From: Lepidodermella squamata
Lineage: Eukaryota; Animalia; Gastrotricha
DNA length: 64,000 nucleotides
NCBI GenBank assembly: GCA_047495785.1
Contig: JBLDXI010000036.1
Location: forward strand, 806,001-870,000
Reading direction: 5' to 3'
Within the stretch, counting starts at the first letter, position 1. The number at the start of each line of letters is the position of its first letter. The position numbers and the translations under genes are program-made. Of the stretch, positions 11,892 through 22,659 are shown one piece after another. The notes beneath the pieces are model-generated. The model made no database searches and was not told the origin of the DNA. It saw nothing but the letters and a program-made list of their open reading frames with translations.

Positions 11892-12258
11892 GATGTTTCG
11901 AGAGTTTTCCACGGTGGTGAAATACGAACTGGATCAACGAACTTTGGGGTTTCAGGCTCAAGATTGTATAGCTGAAAGTTCCGAGAGTGGTAAACATGAG
12001 CCCCAGGTCGGGCCTGTCCATGGGTAGCCTTTGAGGGATCGGAGACCACAGCCTAAGAATGACGCAAGAAGTTTGAAAATCCCTGTAACAGAGGCTTCTG
12101 TTTTTACTAAGAAGGTCGCGGAGCTTAAAAAACGATTTCTGATTTATTTCTAGTAATATTGTGACGGTAATAATTACTGGCATTACGATAGGTTATGGTG
12201 TAGTTGAATTCTGCTTTTCCTTAACTTGAATGTTTTTTCGTTGAGATGCCGTGTTCAA

Positions 12259-14244
12259 TCAGCATTCAGCAAGTTCATTGGCCCGAGTTGCACCGCGAGC
12301 CGTTAGCAGTTCGGCAACTTCGGCATGGCCACGGCAAATCGCCAGGTCGAGCTCTGATCTCCCCTCGCCATCAGTCACCTGAGCATTCGCACCGCGCTCC
12401 AACAACAGGCGTACGACCTCGACGCGCCCATTGTAGACCGCCATGGTCAACGCCGTCCAGCCATCCTTAGTCTTAACCTCCATGTTCGCGCCTTTGTCCA
12501 ACAACAGACGAACTAGCTCCAGTTTGTCATTAGCGGCTGCCTTCATCAAAGCCGTCCTGCCGTAGATATCCTGGACGCCAATGTTCGCCGCGCGCTCCAG
12601 TAACAGCTGTGTCGTCTCGGCGTACCCATAGTTGGCTGCCCACAACAACGCTGTCCAGCCTGTGGGATCCGTGGCCTCGATGTTGGCACCACGGTCCAGT
12701 AATAGGCGCACAACCTCGGCATGTTTGGCCGCCATAATCAGCACTGGGTGTCCATTGTACTCTGCCTTGGCTTCGATGCTCGCGTTGCGCTCGACCAGCA
12801 GTCGCGCTACTTCGACATGCCCCTGGTCGGCCGCCAGCATCAACGGCGTCAAGCCGCGGTCTTCCACGGCATCGAACTCCGCCCCGCGATCAGCGAGCAG
12901 CTGAATAATTTCCAGCCGTTGCTCTGGTTCGCGCGTCACACACTGAGTTAAGCGGTGAAGCAGCGTGCCGTTTCTAATCCAGAACGAAGGACAATATTGG
13001 TGTAGCCTGGGATCTCGCCAGTTCGGGTCGAAGTTGCCGTCGGTTGCCGCGTCGATGGCCGCCACAAGTCGCCGCGCCTCAGTCACGTTCAGGGCCTCGC
13101 CAACTGCCGCTGACAACTCCTCATAAAGCAGGCGTACCTGAGTAGATTGAAGAACAAGCAACAAGAAGTGAACGGCGGGGTTTGACGAATAAATGTTTGC
13201 CAACCAAGTTTTGGATCATGAGTTGTCTTTAAAGATGCGCTTAAAATTCAATTATATTGAGCTAAATTGTCAAATTTGTTGGAATTTCAAATTGAAATTT
13301 TCAAATTTTTATAATATAAATTTTCAAAAATCGAAATAATTAAATTTTAAATTTTTAAATTTTCAAAAATCGAAATAATTAAATTTTTAAATTCCAATTT
13401 CCGTAAATTGAGATAATTAAATTTTTTAATTTAAATTTTCAAGATTCGAGAATGTCAACTTTTTAATTTCAATTATTATGCTTACATATATGTCGACTAC
13501 AGCAGTTTGTTTTTCGGCCTTCGCCACTTCCAATGGCGTGAAGCCGTTTTTGAGTTTTGCGCTCTCGAAAGCACCTTTGATTTTTGCGTTCTTGTCAGCA
13601 CCTTTAGAGAGCAAAAAGAGAACGGCGTCGACGTTCCCCCGACCAGACGCATAGAACAATGGCGTGATGCCATCCTTAGCCGTAGCCTCGATGTTCGCCT
13701 TGTGCTCTAGCAACAAGCGTATAACGTCAACGTTTCCGCTGTAGGCCGCCTGATGCAACGCCGTGAAGCCATCTGTATTGGCATCGATGCTCGCATTGCG
13801 CCCCAGCAGCAGCCTCACTGCTTCGACGTGCCCATTCGCGGACGCCGACATCAACGCCGTCCAGCGTGAGTTACCTTCCTTCGCATTAACATCAGCACCA
13901 CGATCAATGTAAAGCCGAGCGATTTCTAGCCGCTGCTCAGCTTGCCGTGACGCTTCAGCACATTGCATCAAGCGGTGAAGTAGCGTGCCGTCTTGTAGGT
14001 AGAATGGATGTTCGCATGTGTTGTGTGAGTATGGATCGATCCAGTTGGCGTCGAACTGGCCGTTTGACGCTGTGTCGATCTCTTCCACAAGTCGCTTCAC
14101 TTCAGTCACGTTCAGAGTCTCCCCACTTGCGGTAGACAATTGCTCATAGAGCTCATGAATCTGTGTAGGGAGAAACAGATAAGTAGGATTCAGTGCGAGA
14201 TCTCGAGTTCTCCAGTTTGCGGGGAAATACCCAATGAAAATCAT
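12259..14244 (-). CDS. Ankyrin-repeat protein(s): two paralogous modules, either one spliced gene or two genes
   Basis: Repeated G-x-T-[PA]-L-x-x-A motifs. Both modules start LYE.LS...LNVTE..RLV..ID.A..G.FD.NW.DP...C...GTLLHRL.QC. A phase-0 donor after 13486 and acceptor before 13137 are compatible; 5' end uncertain. Confidence 0.75.
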
Positions 14245-14419
14245 GGTCCAGGAGATTGAATATTAAAATCGAATTTAAAATTTTGGAAAATTTTCAAATT
14301 TTGAAGTTCTGTGCAATTCAATTTCAGTTTCAGACTCTGTACAATTTAGTGTATCGAAACTTCGAATCGTATCGAAAATTTTCATTTTGATTATATGTCG
14401 ATCAATCGATTGGGAAATG

Positions 14420-15445
14420 CTGGGTAGGGCTTTGGTTTAGGACGACGTTAGGTTTAGGGTTAGAGTTAAGGGGGTCGCTATGTATTGAATCGAAGGTTTC
14501 GAATACGCAGAACTATTTCCCTGGCTAATTCGTAGACATGGAATACATCTTGTCACTCAACCTAGCAGATCTAGTAGGCTATAGCAGTTAGGTTACCGAT
14601 CTACTGCAGTCATATCCGGCCCAGCCTGCTGCACACTTGCAAACATTAGGAGCGTAGCAGAAGCCTCCATTCGAGCAATTCTGCTTGCATGTAGCTGAAG
14701 AGAATTGAAAACGATGAATTTGCATCAAGAAACACACAGGCACTTACGTAGTCTGCTCTGTATCGCATCATCAGTCGATTCGAGCTTTTCCAGCTCTGAT
14801 GTTCAATGAGAATACATTTTTGGACGGAATCCATGAAATAATTACTTTCGGATATTAAATAAAGCAGGTCTTCCAAATCTAAAGAGTGGCATGAAAGTCA
14901 GTGTGTTTTCCGCCGGAAACCGGAATAGCTCACGTTTCGAAATTGATTTATCCGCGGAAAGCAGAATGCCCAGTTCTTGAAAGCAAACCAAAATAAGTCG
15001 TTGTCATTTCGAAAGTGTTTTTTTATAGAAATCTTTGAGTATAGGTTTCAACCTTTCATACATTTGCATACATTTGCAAAACGATGACCAAAGGATAGGC
15101 TTGGCTGTCTAGGTAAGGTTTAGGTTTAGGGTATAGGCGGGGGCGTAACCAGCCGGTTGTTGGTGTTCAATAACTACCAAAATGAAAACTCAAAAACCCC
15201 TCTTCGACCTTGTAACGTGGAGGTAATAATGTTTGCCAAATTGCCAAACCTTTTCTCGCTTCGCTCGGAATCCCCATATTGTCGATATTTCCTACTGAAT
15301 ATCTGCACTCGTCGACCTTGGATTCTCCTGGGAAAAATGAAAGATTCGCTCTCAGATCCATAACAACATTCCCTTGTTACTGGTTACGCCCATAGAGGTC
15401 GGGTTAGGTTTTTGGTAGGGTATGGTTGAGGTTGGGGTTAGGTTT
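14420..15445 (+). repeat. Three patches of degenerate TTAGG/TTAGGG-like repeats
   Basis: gttaggtttagggttagag (~14447-14465), aggtaaggtttaggtttaggg (~15111-15131), gggttaggttt...ggggttagg (~15401-15442). Confidence 0.4.
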
Positions 15446-17573
15446 ATTATGGCTTTCTAGCTGTAGCCTTTCCTTCAACAGAATATTGATGTATATATTA
15501 AGATAAAGCATCCAAAGTGGAAACAGAATAAAGTCAATATTTTTCTGTTTCCAATTTGGAACGCAAGAAACAAGAAATAATCAGAGAAAAATTGTCTGGG
15601 AATTGGGGAATGACATACGCTGTTTAATTGGGACCTCGAGGGAAATGGAGACCGCATCTCCAGCGCAACACATTGCAACGAAAGCAAATGTTAACAGGGA
15701 TGAAGAATGCATTTTTAACCAGCTCCCTAATTGTAGCGATGGAGTAGAGTGAACGATGAAAGTGAAAAACCTAAATCAAAGACACGAAAAGCACTCTAAC
15801 ATATATAACGAATTTTTCTGTATGTGGCAGTTACAAGATTCAGCAGAAGACCGCCCAAAACAAAAATGAAAGCGTTTATTCCGAAGTTTCGGTTATTTGC
15901 TATATAGCCTTAGAAAAAACTAATTTCTGTTAACAAGACCATATACACCCTATATATATATACCCCATCCGCATTTTTTCACCGAAATTTGATCCACCAT
16001 AGGATTCTTTTTTAATTCTAACGCGCACGCAATGCGCAAATATCGGCACGTGGCATCCGCCTTAAATATGAAAAAATGGTAGCCAGCAATGAAGCGCAAC
16101 GTGGTAGCTTCAATTAGGTACACTGCTAATTCACAATCTACAGCTGCCAAAACGACGGCAAGATAATTTATGCCGTTCCAAGTCCGTTGCTGAAACCTGA
16201 TGGAGGCAGCACTTAAATTTGAATTACAAAAATTACACAGAGCCAACTGATGATCCACCTCGTGTTCCAAAATGATCCGTGTTAGGTCCTATTTCATTCC
16301 TAATTCCTATTTTATCCGGTACAATTTTGAACACCTACGTCTACGCAAATTTCTGTGTAAATTCGGCACATGCGATCTTGGTCGGGTTTTTGACGTAATT
16401 CGAGTCTTTTTCGAAATTTGTAAGCGTAAGGAATCGGCAAGGGATACACAAAAAGAAATGATTGTAGCAGCTAGGTACAATTTTTAACACGTAAAATGTG
16501 TACAGGTGTATACCGATAAGTTACTGGCTGTTCAACCTGCAATGAGACGAATTGGGTTACTTGCTGGATGTGATCCACAGATTATTCAAATCTTAGTCTC
16601 TCTCCGATTTTCCACCCTAAATTTACAACAAGCATTCCATGTATATAAGCTCGAGCTACTTGAGATAAGCAATTTTTTCAATCCGAGTGAATATCATTTA
16701 TAGTCAAACATCCACGCTCGCAGTCTGAGGTGGCAATCGGTAGACATTGAAGATCAGCGATTAGAAGACTGAAATTTTCTTCTGGTCTCTCGTCGCGGAT
16801 GCCCTTTGCCCATTTCGCTTTCCATTGTGACAGATCTAACAAACACTGCCTGTCATCTCGACCGAATTGCTGGCAAAGGACGATGACGTAAGTTTTCGCA
16901 ATTTGGCGAATAAATCTAAATCAGGGGCTGGCCAATTCTCAGGGTTTAGCCGGCCAGCTCGCTGGAGAAACAACCGATTTTCATCGAATCGGTCGCTGAT
17001 GGCTGATGCTGAGGGCATCGAGCAAACGATCGACGATGTTGACTTGCGTTTTTCAAAAGCTAGTAAATCGGCTTTGCTGGCGATGCGTAGTGGGATATTT
17101 TTAGAGGACCCGTTTTCAATTAGTTCATCGAAACAGAGCTCCAATACGAAAAGATAAGATGATAAGATAAGAAAAGATCAATGATCAGTGTGCGAAGTAT
17201 TATATCCAGGAGCTCAGGTGTTCTCCAGCATCCAGCCGAATAAACCAAAGGGTCTCTCCTGTGGTTTGTTCAGCCTTCCTCTGGTTAGAGGTTAGAATCT
17301 CGCAGCTGGGGTGTCGCACCGTGTCAATGATATAAGACTCGAATATCATCGCATCTAAGCTTTGTAAAAGTTTACATCGGCCATGGACCGTGTTATTGTG
17401 GGGTTCAGGAAACAAATCAGCTAAATACGTAGCTACATCCTCGTGCAACCAATCTTCAGAGTAGTGAAATGTAGTCTTCCTAATATGGTCATCAATTTCA
17501 AACTGTCAATACGAATCGGCCAGAAACTTAACACTTTAAAATATGAAAGTTTGAAAATAAGAATTAACAAGTA

Positions 17574-17973
17574 CCGTATTTCATCAAATGTTTTCCAAAC
17601 TCGAAAATCAGTGAAAAAAATCAGGCAATTATTCGAGGGGGCTTTTATTTGAGGGAGGCAATTGATAACCTGGAACGTCAGATCGACACCTTAATCAAGC
17701 CCATAAGTTGATATGATCAGCCTCTAAAAGGCTTTTCAGGTTGGACCTCCTAAATCTTTTAAGCAGTAGTGAATCCGCAGTCGGAAAAGCTGTTCCTAGT
17801 CATGTAAGGACACATTATTCTCTTCTTCCTGGCTTCAACCTGTTTTTCCGTCGTATGGCTATTATTCGAGGCGGGCTATTATTAACCTTTGGACCCAATA
17901 TTTAAATGCATTTTTGGGGCTATTATTCGAGGGGGTAATTATTAGAGGTAGGATACTATTCGAAGAAATACTG
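17574..17973. mobile_element. Tc1/mariner (pogo/Tc2-type) MITE
   Basis: TA flanks on both sides; TIRs ccgtatttcatcaaat / revcomp cagtatttcttcgaat; internal ttattcgagg repeats. Confidence 0.65.
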
Positions 17974-17991
17974 TAATCTTCTGATGAGTAC

Positions 17992-18103
17992 CAAGAGATG
18001 AGGAACATGAACCCGTTATGTAGTCCGCGATGAATAGCAAACTTTCATATTTTCAATTCGTGTCATTCATCGCAGACTACATATTCACATTCCTCATCTC
18101 TTG
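17992..18103. repeat. Inverted repeat / hairpin element
   Basis: caagagatgaggaa...tatgtagtccgcgatgaat pairs with attcatcgcagactacata...ttcctcatctcttg. Confidence 0.6.
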
Positions 18104-18389
18104 ATTCTATTTTTTGTCAACTTTGTTGTGCACAGTTTGATCAAGCCCAAACAAATCCATTGTCTTTTTTACAGCTGAGCTTTCCAACTTTTTCTAAAAA
18201 CGGATGAATGGCTCTTAAATATTAAATAAATAAATATTAGCTCCTGCCGGTTTTATTCATTCATTATAGGCAAGCGCCAAATGGGTAAATATTAGCAACC
18301 ATGTGCAGGTGGCTGTATGTGACATCGCCCTGCATGCAACGCAGTAGTCACCTCATCCCTCCATTTTGGCCGATTTTCTCCGATAGAAT

Positions 18390-18735
18390 TCACTTTCCTA
18401 TGGCCTCGCAAATCCTTTCCGTCCGACGTATAGGAAAAATGGAAATTTCGCGCGTTTTCCATTCACCTTTCTGGCCATACGCGTTCGTACATTCCTTGGG
18501 AGGAGCTGGTGTTTCCTGGTGATCGGCAGAATATTGCATGCATTCACCTCGCCTATTACGATAGACGCAATGACGGGCCGCTTCTTCCGGTTGCGATTCA
18601 CCTTCGCCAGCGTAAGCTGCTGCGACAACGAGAGCAGCCTGTTGATAAAGGAATGTGAAATCAGAGGGGAATTAATAAAAGATACTGCATATTCAAACTT
18701 ACGATAAAAGCGATCATTAAAACAAGCTTCGCCAT
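18390..18735 (-). CDS. MAKL-family peptide precursor B
   Basis: Exons 18735-18703, 18638-18390: MAKLVLMIAFI|AALVVAAAYAGEGESQPEEAARHCVYRNRRGECMQYSADHQETPAPPKECTNAYGQKGEWKTREISIFPIRRTERICEAIGK*. Canonical gtaagt...aacag intron. Confidence 0.85.
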
Positions 18736-19296
18736 AATATGCTTAAAGCTTAAAGTATAGTAAAGGAATTCAACTTAATATTGAAGTGTGAAAACAAATG
18801 AATGAAATAAGCTTCGACAGCCGATTCGAAAAGCACTCAGCCAGTAGATAGCCAGCTGCACATACACTTGATAGCCGTGTCGATGATCGACGCGTGACGT
18901 CTCGACTATTGTGCTGTCTAGACTGAACTAACATAATAGGTGGGGAGAAGGAAAAGTTGATGGTGGGGAAGAACGAGCCGACCCTATTATGTCATGTTTC
19001 GGTCGAACCTTTCATCAAATGATCAGATATACGCTGGAAGCTAGAATCACTACCAGCCACTATCTGCTAGCTACCTTCTCCCTATGGAGCCTGTGAAGTG
19101 GAAAGTCCACAAGGGGGCCATTTGGTCCTAAAAAAATTAGGCCCGAAAATTCCCCCTAGTTCGAGGATCCTACTTCGCGCACTGGGACCGATTGAACTGG
19201 TAGGGATCCTCGCCATCCCTCTCCGGGCAAACTACTTACTAATTGTCGTGACTTCATGACTTCATCGTGGGCACTGAATTACTGCTTTTTTGCTCT

Positions 19297-19605
19297 GCCG
19301 ATTTTCTCCGATAGAATTCACTGCTTTATTGCCCTGGATTTCGCAAAAGGTTACTGTGCGAACGTCAGGAAATCCGGTTGTAAAGATTGGCCTTGGCTTA
19401 GCGCTAAGCCAGTTCAATGACAGTTGTCCTTATCCAGGCCGAATGTTGTTACATGTCAATTTTGTCGATATTCCCGTGGATACTGATACTGTTTTATTTT
19501 GCAATTCTTTCCGCACATCCATTACGAGTTGAATTATTTTACTAAAACTACTCGAAACATATCATGTATCATGTCTTGGCGAAGCTTGATTTAATTATCG
19601 CGTTT
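19297..19605. pseudogene. MAKL-family fragments C: 3' coding end on minus (19297-19375), promoter and decayed exon 1 on plus (19385-19605)
   Basis: Minus strand reads GFPDVRTVTFCEIQG; plus strand has tggcttagcgctaagcca and ttggcgaagcttgatttaattatcgc. Confidence 0.65.
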
Positions 19606-20035
19606 CGGGTATTGGACCGTTTTCAGTAGAGTTTTGCCGCGTAAACCTGATCAATTTTTAAGTCTTTTTCAGTCTAGTTGATAGATAATACACTTCAATA
19701 AAATGAATTTCTCAGAATTGGAATTTCCGCCAGGTTGCTTCATTCTCCCTGCCGATCATGCACGGACTGCTTGTGAATATTGGCATTGGCTTAGCGCTAA
19801 GCCAGTTCAAACGAATTTTTTCATTCCCCAGGTCGAACTCCGTCCTAATTACGGGTTTAGTTAACCTGGCTAGATGTCACGTCAATGTTGTCGACATTCC
19901 CGGGGAAAGTATATTCAGCTGGCCATAGCTGGATGAGTGCTATTCGAAAGGCGACCCGAAGCTTATTTCATTCTTTTGTTTTCGCACTTCAATAACAATT
20001 TGAAATATTTTACTAAAACTACTCGAAACATTATC

Positions 20036-20335
20036 ATGGCAAAGCTTGGTTTTATTATCGCTGTTTTTGTAAGTTGAAATATGCTGGATCATTAATTCAT
20101 TCTAAACTAATATCTTCATCAACAGGCTGCGCTCGTAGTGGCAGCAGTTCACGCTGAATCGCAGCCGGAAGAAGCGTAGTAAATGCGTCAAGTGGTCGAG
20201 CTGAGGTATCTGCCTGCAATACTACTCCCCGTCCCTACCGCCACCGCAGCCGGCAACACCAGCTAGTCCCAAGGAATACCGACGAGAAAGGCGAGAAAGA
20301 TGTATTGAAAACGATACAACAAGGATTTCCTGATG
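20036..20335 (+). pseudogene. MAKL-family pseudogene D
   Basis: Exon 1 20036-20068 MAKLGFIIAVF; exon 2 from 20126 AALVVAAVHAESQPEEA*, then shifted frame KCVKWSS*GICLQYYSPSLPPPQP; truncated at ggatttcctgatg. Confidence 0.8.
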
Positions 20336-20822
20336 CATGAAGCTTGTTTTGGAATCACTTCTACTCATCAATAACAAGTGTGAACTTCAAACTGTTAAGG
20401 AATTCGCGGACAGGGGTTGGTCCCCCCGTCGTTACTGCAGCAGCTATTGCCAATATATACACTGCAAAACTGTCTGTAGAACTATTGCTGTATAAGTAAA
20501 GCATTGCTGGCCAATGTAAAAAATTCATACGAAAATCCGATTGAACCCAAATCATGTGTGACAAATTGATGAATTAGAGAAAGCATGAATCATATTATCC
20601 AAAAAACGTGAGGTATTCGCAGGATGTGGCTTCTCATCGCTTTTAAATCTCAAATGAATAGGGGCCATAATTAGATACTACGCCTGCTAAACACTGCAGA
20701 TTTTATTGAATACAGACAACGTGGTAGTTATACACATCAGCAGCAATGTCCAGATTCTCACGTGACATCGCCCTGCTTGCCGTAGCTTGCAGCAGCCATC
20801 TCATCACGCCCTGGTTGTCAGA

Positions 20823-21251
20823 TCATCGTTTCGCAGGCACACACTGACGAAAGCTGAAACCATTTGGGAGTTTGACCGTCTTCCATACGCCTTTACTGCC
20901 ATTTTTTCTCTTGCATTCCTCACGGGCCTCTTCTTCCGGTTGCGATTCTGCTTCGCGTGGCTTGGGAGGCTTGACGCACATTTTATGTTTGCCGCCATAT
21001 TTGTCTGTGTACGTTTTAACTACACCTTTCTCGCCTGCCTTGTTTTTACATTCTCCGCCATCTCCCGGCGCCGGTTGGGATTCAGCTTTGGTAGGTATGG
21101 CTGCTTTGCCGCCTTTGCCCGCTCTTACACCGTAAACTGCTGCGACAACGACAGCAGCCTATTAAGAAAGACATCAGTTGAGAATTATCAGAGATACTGC
21201 ATAGGTATTACAACTTACGATAACAGCGATCATTAAAACAAGCTTCGCCAT
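20823..21251 (-). CDS. MAKL-family peptide precursor E (two-peptide precursor)
   Basis: Exons 21251-21219, 21158-20823: MAKLVLMIAVI|AAVVVAAVYGVRAGKGGKAAIPTKAESQPAPGDGGECKNKAGEKGVVKTYTDKYGGKHKMCVKPPKPREAESQPEEEAREECKRKNGSKGVWKTVKLPNGFSFRQCVPAKR*. Confidence 0.85.
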
Positions 21252-22111
21252 GATATGCTTCAAGTAGGTATAGTAAAGTAATTCAACTTGTTATTTAAGT
21301 GCGAAAACAAAAGAATGAAATAAGCTTCGTTTTCCTGCCCGAACAGCACTCAGCCAGCTGCATATACACTCCCCGGGAATATCGACAAAATTAACGTGAC
21401 GTCAAGACTAGGTAGACTGAACCAACAGATAGGAAGGGGTTCTGGCTGGGGACGTTAGCTGAGTGCCTAGCCAATGTCAATCTACGCAAACGGCTCAGTC
21501 ATGCTCGGGTGAGGAGGATGACGCTGCCAGGAGGATTTTCCAATCCTGAGGAAGTTAATTTCCTTTAAGTGTATTACCTGTCCAATCCGGAGGTTCCTGG
21601 AGGAGCAGTATGTGTTAGGGAGCAAGAATTTCGGTAATAGAAAGTAACGATTCAATCGGTCCAAGTTCAGCCAATTCTGGAATCTCACCGCCCGCTTTGA
21701 TATCCAGTTGATTCAATGTAAAACATGCCTATTTCCCAAGCCTCACCTTTAAACCTATAAACATGTTAACGAATGGCTGGGAAGCCTCTGTGAAGACCCG
21801 GTGTAATATTTTTTTAAAAGGTGGATGAACGTCGGGATCGTATATAATCTCGTGGTGCTTTTGCCCTAAAGATTCGGGCGGAACTTGGTTGGGGTCTACT
21901 GGACCTTTGTTGGTTTCACGAGAAATCCTAGGATACAAATTTGAGAAGAAATTGAGAAGAAATTATACATAAGCTACTGCCAATTTTATTCATATCAGAG
22001 ACAAATAACCATGATAAAAAAATCAGCAGCTAAATGCAAATTGTTGTGTGACGTCGCCCTGCAAGCGCAAACTCGCAGCAGTCACCTCATCCTATGCCGT
22101 TAGCGCTGCAC

Positions 22112-22426
22112 TCAAACTTTCGCCATTGTTGGATAATATCCTGGCTCGACAACTAAGCACCACCGCTTCCCATTGACATCACCCCATTTGCCAGGTCGGC
22201 CGTCCCTCAAACAACCATCTTTTCCCATGCAGATCGTCTTGCCACGGTAAGCCGCCTGCTTACCTTTGCATTCTGTTACTTGGCCTGTTGCTGTAGGCTC
22301 ACTGATGGCTGCTGAAACTGCAACAAGAGCAACCTATAGAGAAAATTTGCGGCAATTATTTAATTAATGGATATATTGACAATTGAAACTAATGATCACT
22401 GCAATGATCAAACCGAGCCTTGCCAT
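22112..22426 (-). pseudogene. MAKL-family precursor F; canonical splice donor mutated
   Basis: MARLGLIIAVI followed by attagt instead of gtaagt; exon 2 22333-22112 is open: VALVAVSAAISEPTATGQVTECKGKQAAYRGKTICMGKDGCLRDGRPGKWGDVNGKRWCLVVEPGYYPTMAKV*. Confidence 0.7.
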
Positions 22427-22659
22427 GAGATGCTTCAAGTTTTAAAGTAAAGAAAAAAATTAACTTGTGAAGTGTGAATGCAAAAGAATGAAATATGCTC
22501 TGATAAGCTTTTTGAAAAGCACTCAGCCAGTAACCAACCAGCTGAACATACACTTGATCGCCGATCGTGACGCGACGTCAAGACTGAAAATAATTGCTAT
22601 TGGCTATTTGCCAAAAATGCTATTGTCTTCGACTAGCAAGGCGGTTATTTAGATATTTA

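Noticed and set aside
14420-15445. True telomere or chromosome fusion site
   Set aside because: Short, degenerate and scattered patches; more likely internal to dispersed repeats.
16506-17450. Protein-like fragments (e.g. 16867-17157 plus, 17200-17448 minus)
   Set aside because: No recognisable domain and no consistent spliced model could be built.
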